Positions 26,714-31,494 of a stretch of 31,494 bases of DNA are shown in pieces (within the stretch, counting starts at the first letter, position 1; every line of letters begins with the position of its first letter). The translations under genes and the position numbers were made by a program. The notes under the pieces are model-generated. The model saw nothing but the letters and a program-made list of their open reading frames with translations, made no database searches and had not been told where the DNA came from. The stretch is from Candidatus Baldrarchaeota archaeon (lineage in GTDB: Archaea; Asgardarchaeota; Baldrarchaeia; Baldrarchaeales; DXJG01): contig DXJG01000006.1 of NCBI GenBank assembly GCA_019056805.1, positions 1-31,494 of the forward strand, read 5' to 3'.

Positions 26714-27694
26714 CTATTTTTCAAAGGGTATCGTTAAAGCGGCTGGTGCACCTATTCTCTTCCTAAATTTGCCGCTACTGGCAACAACTAGCACAACTAT
26801 TGTGCAAACATATGGCAAGGTCTTTAATAGGGGTACTGATATGCCTAGAGGTTGAAGTCTGTATTGTAAAATTCTTATTCCTCCAAAAAGATAAGCACCT
26901 ACAGTTGCATATATCGGGTTCCAAACAGCAAATATGACAAGTGCTATAGCAATCCATCCTTGACCAGCAGTCATTCCCTCTATCCAAGTAGGTGTGTACA
27001 CAACTGATAAATAAGCACCACCAAGTCCTGCAAGAGCACCACCTATAAGCGTACAAAGATAACGGATTAAATAAACATCTATTCCCGCAGCATGAACAGC
27101 TTGAGGATTTTCACCACAAGCCCTGATAATAACTCCCAGCTTAGTTTTAAAAAGTATAAACCAAAGCAACACAACCAATACATATGATGTATATGTAACA
27201 GGATCCTGATTAAAGAAAGCACCAATAACTGGTATATCAGAAAGCAAAGGAACAGGTATTTTTCTTATTGTTACAGGAAGCGGTGTACCTATCAATCTTC
27301 TACCAGCAAGCGAACTTATACCAAGACCAAGCATTGAAAGAGCTAAACCAGATATAACTTGATTAGAACGTATAGAGATGCTGAGAAACGCATGTACACA
27401 GGCCAGTAAACAGCCAGTTAAAGTAGCTAGTAAAAATCCGAGAAGTGGATTACCAGTTACAAGTGTAATACCAAATGCAGTTACAGCTCCCACAGCCATC
27501 ATACCTTCGACACCAAGATTAAGAATGCCACTTCTCTCAGCGTAAATTTCGCCCAGTGTAGCCAAAAGTAAGGGTGTTCCAGCACTTATCATCATAGTTA
27601 ACAAATCAGTTACCCACTCCATGATACTACCTCCAAGAAATCTTGTATTTTGCAAGAAACTCGCTTGTAAGTAAACAAGCCAATATAATTCCAT
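26714..27694 (-). CDS. BMP/nucleoside-type ABC transporter permease (second permease)
   Basis: 326 aa; LLATLGEIYAERSGILNLGVEGMMAVGAVTAF, IRACGENPQAVHAAGIDVYLIRYLCTLIGGALAGLGGAYLSV. Likely true start 27622 (MEWVTDLLTMM). Confidence 0.88.
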   Translation of the reverse strand: MELYWLVYLQASFLQNTRFLGGSIMEWVTDLLTMMISAGTPLLLATLGEIYAERSGILNLGVEGMMAVGAVTAFGITLVTGNPLLGFLLATLTGCLLACVHAFLSISIRSNQVISGLALSMLGLGISSLAGRRLIGTPLPVTIRKIPVPLLSDIPVIGAFFNQDPVTYTSYVLVVLLWFILFKTKLGVIIRACGENPQAVHAAGIDVYLIRYLCTLIGGALAGLGGAYLSVVYTPTWIEGMTAGQGWIAIALVIFAVWNPIYATVGAYLFGGIRILQYRLQPLGISVPLLKTLPYVCTIVVLVVASSGKFRKRIGAPAALTIPFEK

Positions 27695-28682
27695 TGAAAA
27701 TGTTAACTACGCCGAAAGGCAGTCCCATAGATACTTGAATAGCGTCACCGCCAACAAAGAGAATTGCTAGGAAAAACGCGGTTATAATTGAAAGAATTGG
27801 ATTATTTCTGGCAAGTAGCGCAACTATTATTCCAGCGTAGCCATAGCCTGAGGAAATACTAGATGCATAGCGAAGTCTATGATGAACTCCAGCCACTTCG
27901 CCAACACCTGCAATTCCAGCTAATCCACCACTAATAATCATAGCTAATATAATTGCTTTTTCAACACTTATACCAGCATACCTAGCTACACGTTCATCTT
28001 GACCAGCAACCCTTAATTCAAAACCAATTGTTGTTTTAGTAAGTAAGAAATAAAGTAAAACAGCACTTACCAACGCAATAATAAGAGTAGGCCAATGTAT
28101 ACGTGTTTTAGGAATAGTTGGTAACCATGCTGAAATTGGAAATTTATTAGTGTAGGGGAACCCCCATTCTTCAGCTCCTTTCCAGGGTCCATATATGAGG
28201 TAATCAACGAAACAAGCAGCAATATAATTCATCATAAGAGTCGTTATAACCTCATTTGTTCCTAGTTTGCTTTTCAGAACAGCTGGGATAAAAGCCCAGG
28301 CTGCACCTCCGACAAAACCCAACAAAAACATTAGAGGTAATCTTGTGAATTCTGGAACGCTTAAAAATAGTGCTACCCATGTTGCAAGTATAGCACCAAT
28401 AAGTAGTTGCCCCTCTGCACCAATATTCCATGTATTTGCTTTAAAAGCTATAGTGAGACCAATACCACAAAGCAAAAGCGGTATAAGCTTTGTTATTATC
28501 TCTCCCAATCTATGAGCTTTTCTAACTGTTCCAAAAATTTGAGCATAAGCATAAAGTGGATTAATGCCATAAATAAGAAAGATGAAAGCAGCTATTACAA
28601 ATGCCAGTAATATGGCTACAATAGTTGCAATAAGTTCTATTTCAGGTGTCACCTCTCTTCTTTCAAGTCTCAGGTTTAACAC
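27627..28682 (-). CDS. BMP/nucleoside-type ABC transporter permease (first permease)
   Basis: 351 aa; ICLTIAFKANTWNIGAEGQLLIGAI-type segment (GIGLTIAFKANTWNIGAEGQLLIGAILATW), VAGQDERVARYAGISVEKAIILAMIISGGLAGIAGVGEV. Confidence 0.88.
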   Translation of the reverse strand: MLNLRLERREVTPEIELIATIVAILLAFVIAAFIFLIYGINPLYAYAQIFGTVRKAHRLGEIITKLIPLLLCGIGLTIAFKANTWNIGAEGQLLIGAILATWVALFLSVPEFTRLPLMFLLGFVGGAAWAFIPAVLKSKLGTNEVITTLMMNYIAACFVDYLIYGPWKGAEEWGFPYTNKFPISAWLPTIPKTRIHWPTLIIALVSAVLLYFLLTKTTIGFELRVAGQDERVARYAGISVEKAIILAMIISGGLAGIAGVGEVAGVHHRLRYASSISSGYGYAGIIVALLARNNPILSIITAFFLAILFVGGDAIQVSMGLPFGVVNIFNGIILACLLTSEFLAKYKISWR

Positions 28683-30174
28683 CTCCCATCATCAAACCAA
28701 TTTCTTCAACCTTTGCCTTCTCTGAATCAACAATTCCCATAAAAGTACCCCTATACATAACGGCAATACGGTCACTAAGCTGCATAATTTCTTCCAAATC
28801 TTCAGAAACAAGTAATATAGCAACACCTTTTCGACGAAGCTCAAGAAGCAATTTTCTTATTTCTTCGGTTGCAGCAACATCTAAACCAAAAGTAGGATGG
28901 AACGCAATAAGAAGCTTACATTCCCCTGAAGTCTCCCTAGCTAGTATAAGTCTCGCTATATTACCACCAGAAAGCTGCTGCACAGGCACATTTACGTTTG
29001 GCGTAACAATCTTATATTTCTCAATTAATTTTTCTGCAAGTTCTCTCGCTTTTCTTAAATCTAAAATCCCGTTTTTGGAGAAATTTGTATAGTTTTTTAA
29101 CATTAAATTATCCATAACTGATAATGTAAGAACAGCTCCAACCCTACGATCATCAGGTATGTGAGCCACACCAAGCTTTATAATATCTGCTGAAGATTTA
29201 TTTGTCACATCTTTACCTAAAATCACAACTTCTCCATCTTCAACCCTTCTTAATCCAGTGATAGCTTCAACAAGTTCTCTCTGCCCGTTTCCTGCAACCC
29301 CTGCAATACCAAATATTTCACCAGCTCTAATGGAAAAGCTAACTCCTTTAACAGCCAACAAACCTCTATCATCAAGAACACGTAAATTATTAACCTTTAA
29401 AACCTCTTCACCAAACACTACAGGCTCCTTTTTCAACTCAAATGTTACAGGTCTTCCCACCATTAACTTTGCTAATTCTAATTTTGTTATTTCCTTTGCA
29501 GGAACAGTTGCTATTTTTTTACCACGTCTAAGCACAGTTATACGATCAGCAATAGCAAAAACTTCTTCAAGTTTATGAGAAACAAAAACTATACTCTTCC
29601 CTTCCTCCTTCATTCTTCTAAGGACTTGAAAAAGCGACTCTACTTCAGAAGGAGTTAAAACTGTTGTAGGCTCATCAAGAATTAAAATTTCCGCACCTCT
29701 ACATAAAGCCTTTATTAACTCTAATCTTTGTTTTTCTCCCATTGATAATTCATATACCATTGCATCAACATCTAACTCTAGACCATATCTTTCAGCTAAC
29801 TCCTTAATCATGGATTGTATCTTATTTTTTCTCAATATTTTTCCAGGAAGTAAAAGAGCAAGGTTTTCAGCAACACTTAAATTATCAACCGTCTCGGGAA
29901 ACTGTGGAACCCTTGCTATTCCAAGCTCCATAGCATCTTTCGGCGATCTTATCTTAACCTCTTCTCCTCTTACAAATATTTTTCCCTCATCTGGTCTATA
30001 TAGACCATATAAAATATTCATTAAAGTGGTTTTTCCCGCTCCATTCTCACCAAGCAACGCATGAATTTCGCCAGGTTTTAAGTCAAAATCCACATGATCA
30101 TTAGCCACCACGCCTGGAAAACGCTTCGTTATCCCTTTCATCTCTACAACTGTTTCCAATTCGTTTCCTCCCAT
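28663..30174 (-). CDS. ABC transporter ATP-binding protein with two ABC domains (BMP/ribose type)
   Basis: 503 aa; Walker A LLGENGAGKTTLMNILYGLY, YELSMGEKQRLELIKALCRGAEILILDEPT; second domain GIAGVAGNGQRELVEAITGL, LSGGNIARLILARE. Confidence 0.93.
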   Translation of the reverse strand: MGGNELETVVEMKGITKRFPGVVANDHVDFDLKPGEIHALLGENGAGKTTLMNILYGLYRPDEGKIFVRGEEVKIRSPKDAMELGIARVPQFPETVDNLSVAENLALLLPGKILRKNKIQSMIKELAERYGLELDVDAMVYELSMGEKQRLELIKALCRGAEILILDEPTTVLTPSEVESLFQVLRRMKEEGKSIVFVSHKLEEVFAIADRITVLRRGKKIATVPAKEITKLELAKLMVGRPVTFELKKEPVVFGEEVLKVNNLRVLDDRGLLAVKGVSFSIRAGEIFGIAGVAGNGQRELVEAITGLRRVEDGEVVILGKDVTNKSSADIIKLGVAHIPDDRRVGAVLTLSVMDNLMLKNYTNFSKNGILDLRKARELAEKLIEKYKIVTPNVNVPVQQLSGGNIARLILARETSGECKLLIAFHPTFGLDVAATEEIRKLLLELRRKGVAILLVSEDLEEIMQLSDRIAVMYRGTFMGIVDSEKAKVEEIGLMMGGVKPET

Positions 30175-30282
30175 GGATTCAGTCGCATTTTACACTGATG
30201 CTGACATCATACATGATAAATTTCCTAAATGACATATAAAAAAGAAGTTAGAGATATGTTTTTCGCTTTGTGAACTGCTATG

Positions 30283-31494
30283 TTATTTTGGAACGGTTGC
30301 AATTATGTTGTCAACAAACCAGTCGATTGTCCATAGTTCGTCGTGAGTCATTCTTCTACCAGCTTCAACTCTTAGGTTACCTTCGTTGTCGTAGATTGGC
30401 CCGGTGAACGGATCAAAGACTACGGTGTCTTCACTCATTTGCTCTAATCTCTTCATGACTAGCTCATAGACACTTATGTTTCCAAATTCTGGGTGATCGA
30501 TGTAAGTGCTATTTAGTATAGGAATGAACTTGGGGTTTATTGGGACTCCAAATTCGCCACCGAGTTCAACAGCGCCTTCTCTAAGCATCCACCAATAGTC
30601 AACGTCTTCAAGGTTTGTTGAGTTATAGTAACCAGCATATATCTTACTTAATATGTCGGCGTAGATGACTTCCCAGTGAACTAGTTGACCACTTACACAG
30701 ACATCGGGTCCAAAGCTCTGCATGGGGCTATAGTGACTGAAAACGTAAACAGGTTCACCAGCATCGTAATGTTCTTGAGCCACTTGAATTACGGTTGGTG
30801 AGTCTTCTGTAAATGCGAGAACGTCGCATCCCTCAGCTATTAAGGCTTCGGCTGCTTCTCTTGCTGCTGATGGGTTATACCAAGCATAAAGCCATCGTAC
30901 ATCTACTGTAGCATTCGGGTTTACTTCTTTTATGCCTAGAGCAAAAGCGTTGATATGTCTGACGACTTCAGGAATTGGGTGAGCAGCTACATATCCGATT
31001 TTGTTCGAGTTTGTTAGAGCGCCAGCCATAAGGCCATTAAGATAGTAGAGTTGATAGAACTCAGCAAAGTAAGTGCCAACGTTTGGAGCCCTCATGTAAC
31101 CTGAACAATGGAAGAAGAGCTTATCAGGATGTCTTTCTCCTGCTTCAATTGTAGCATCCATGTAACCAAAGCTAGTGGTGAATACTACATCGCATCCCTC
31201 TTCCGTGATCAGGCTGTCTATGATTCTAGGTGCATCTGCTTCTGACACCGATTCGACATAAACTGTTTCAAGCCATGGGAATATTTCTTCGCAAAATAGC
31301 CGTCCTTGATCATGAGCATGTGTCCATCCATAATCTCCAATTGGACCGACGTAAATGAAGCCGGCTTTTATTGTCTTTCCAACTATTACCTCTTTTTCAA
31401 CGACTCTCGGTGTAAGGGTATAACATACTGCATAACCCACTATTACGCCAATTATTAACGCTACAATTATTACTGTGGTTGCTTCCTTTTGCAT
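30283..31494 (-). CDS. BMP-family (Med/PnrA-like) substrate-binding protein; start codon is at the window edge
   Basis: 403 aa; N-terminal membrane segment, KAGFIYVGPIGDYGWTHAHDQGRLFCEE, DVVFTTSFGYMDATIEAGERHPDKLFFHCSG, IGYVAAHPIPEVVRHINAFALGIKEVNPNATVDVRWLYAWYNPSAAREAAEALIAEGCDVLAF. Confidence 0.88.
   Translation of the reverse strand: MQKEATTVIIVALIIGVIVGYAVCYTLTPRVVEKEVIVGKTIKAGFIYVGPIGDYGWTHAHDQGRLFCEEIFPWLETVYVESVSEADAPRIIDSLITEEGCDVVFTTSFGYMDATIEAGERHPDKLFFHCSGYMRAPNVGTYFAEFYQLYYLNGLMAGALTNSNKIGYVAAHPIPEVVRHINAFALGIKEVNPNATVDVRWLYAWYNPSAAREAAEALIAEGCDVLAFTEDSPTVIQVAQEHYDAGEPVYVFSHYSPMQSFGPDVCVSGQLVHWEVIYADILSKIYAGYYNSTNLEDVDYWWMLREGAVELGGEFGVPINPKFIPILNSTYIDHPEFGNISVYELVMKRLEQMSEDTVVFDPFTGPIYDNEGNLRVEAGRRMTHDELWTIDWFVDNIIATVPK

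Noticed and set aside
27627-27694. 68-nt overlap between the two ABC permease genes
   Set aside because: Probably a start-site artefact: the internal ATG at 27622 (MEWVTDLLTMM) begins the conserved permease sequence and removes the overlap.
28646-30064. Three + strand ORFs (28646-29092, 29258-29578, 29810-30064) within the ABC ATPase gene
   Set aside because: Antisense shadows of the ATP-binding protein; no RBS or domain support.
1-31494. CRISPR arrays, tRNAs, rRNAs, transposases or phage structural genes
   Set aside because: No regularly spaced repeat units, no tRNA-like cloverleaf or rRNA-like blocks noted in the intergenic gaps, and no integrase, transposase or capsid motifs among the ORFs. 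A tRNAscan/Infernal run would still be needed for small RNAs.

Overview
This 31.5 kb window looks archaeal. It has coenzyme F420 genes, an archaeal-type primase-like protein, RecA/KaiC/GvpD-like ATPases, frequent TTG starts and ATGA-type overlaps. It is densely packed with about 30 protein genes. I found no rRNA, tRNA, CRISPR array or transposase. Recognisable content, left to right: an RHH/PIN toxin-antitoxin pair; a frame-disrupted GNAT acetyltransferase; an archaeo-eukaryotic primase (AEP)-like protein with an unassigned C-terminal region; an MFS transporter; a split UxaA-type dehydratase whose two parts flank a frame-disrupted double GNAT gene; a nitroreductase-cofD-MFS-cofC F420 cluster; an ECF-like S component; a RidA / YgeY-type hydrolase / threonine dehydratase-like trio; a CopB-type P-ATPase with a His-rich N-terminus; a DUF4438-like protein; a CooC-like ATPase; an inositol-1-phosphate synthase; an acyl-CoA dehydrogenase; a DMT transporter; and a BMP/nucleoside-type ABC importer. 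The most system-like unexplained locus is 24306-26638. It holds a GvpD/KaiC-like ATPase with a Walker A motif, an adjoining KaiC-like paralogue that has lost Walker A and has no canonical start codon, and two tandem paralogous three-helix membrane proteins preceded by a near-identical 18-nt upstream element. Three genes carry frame disruptions at or near homopolymers, so either pseudogenes or sequencing indels must be settled. All family calls are from motif recognition by eye, with no database search.
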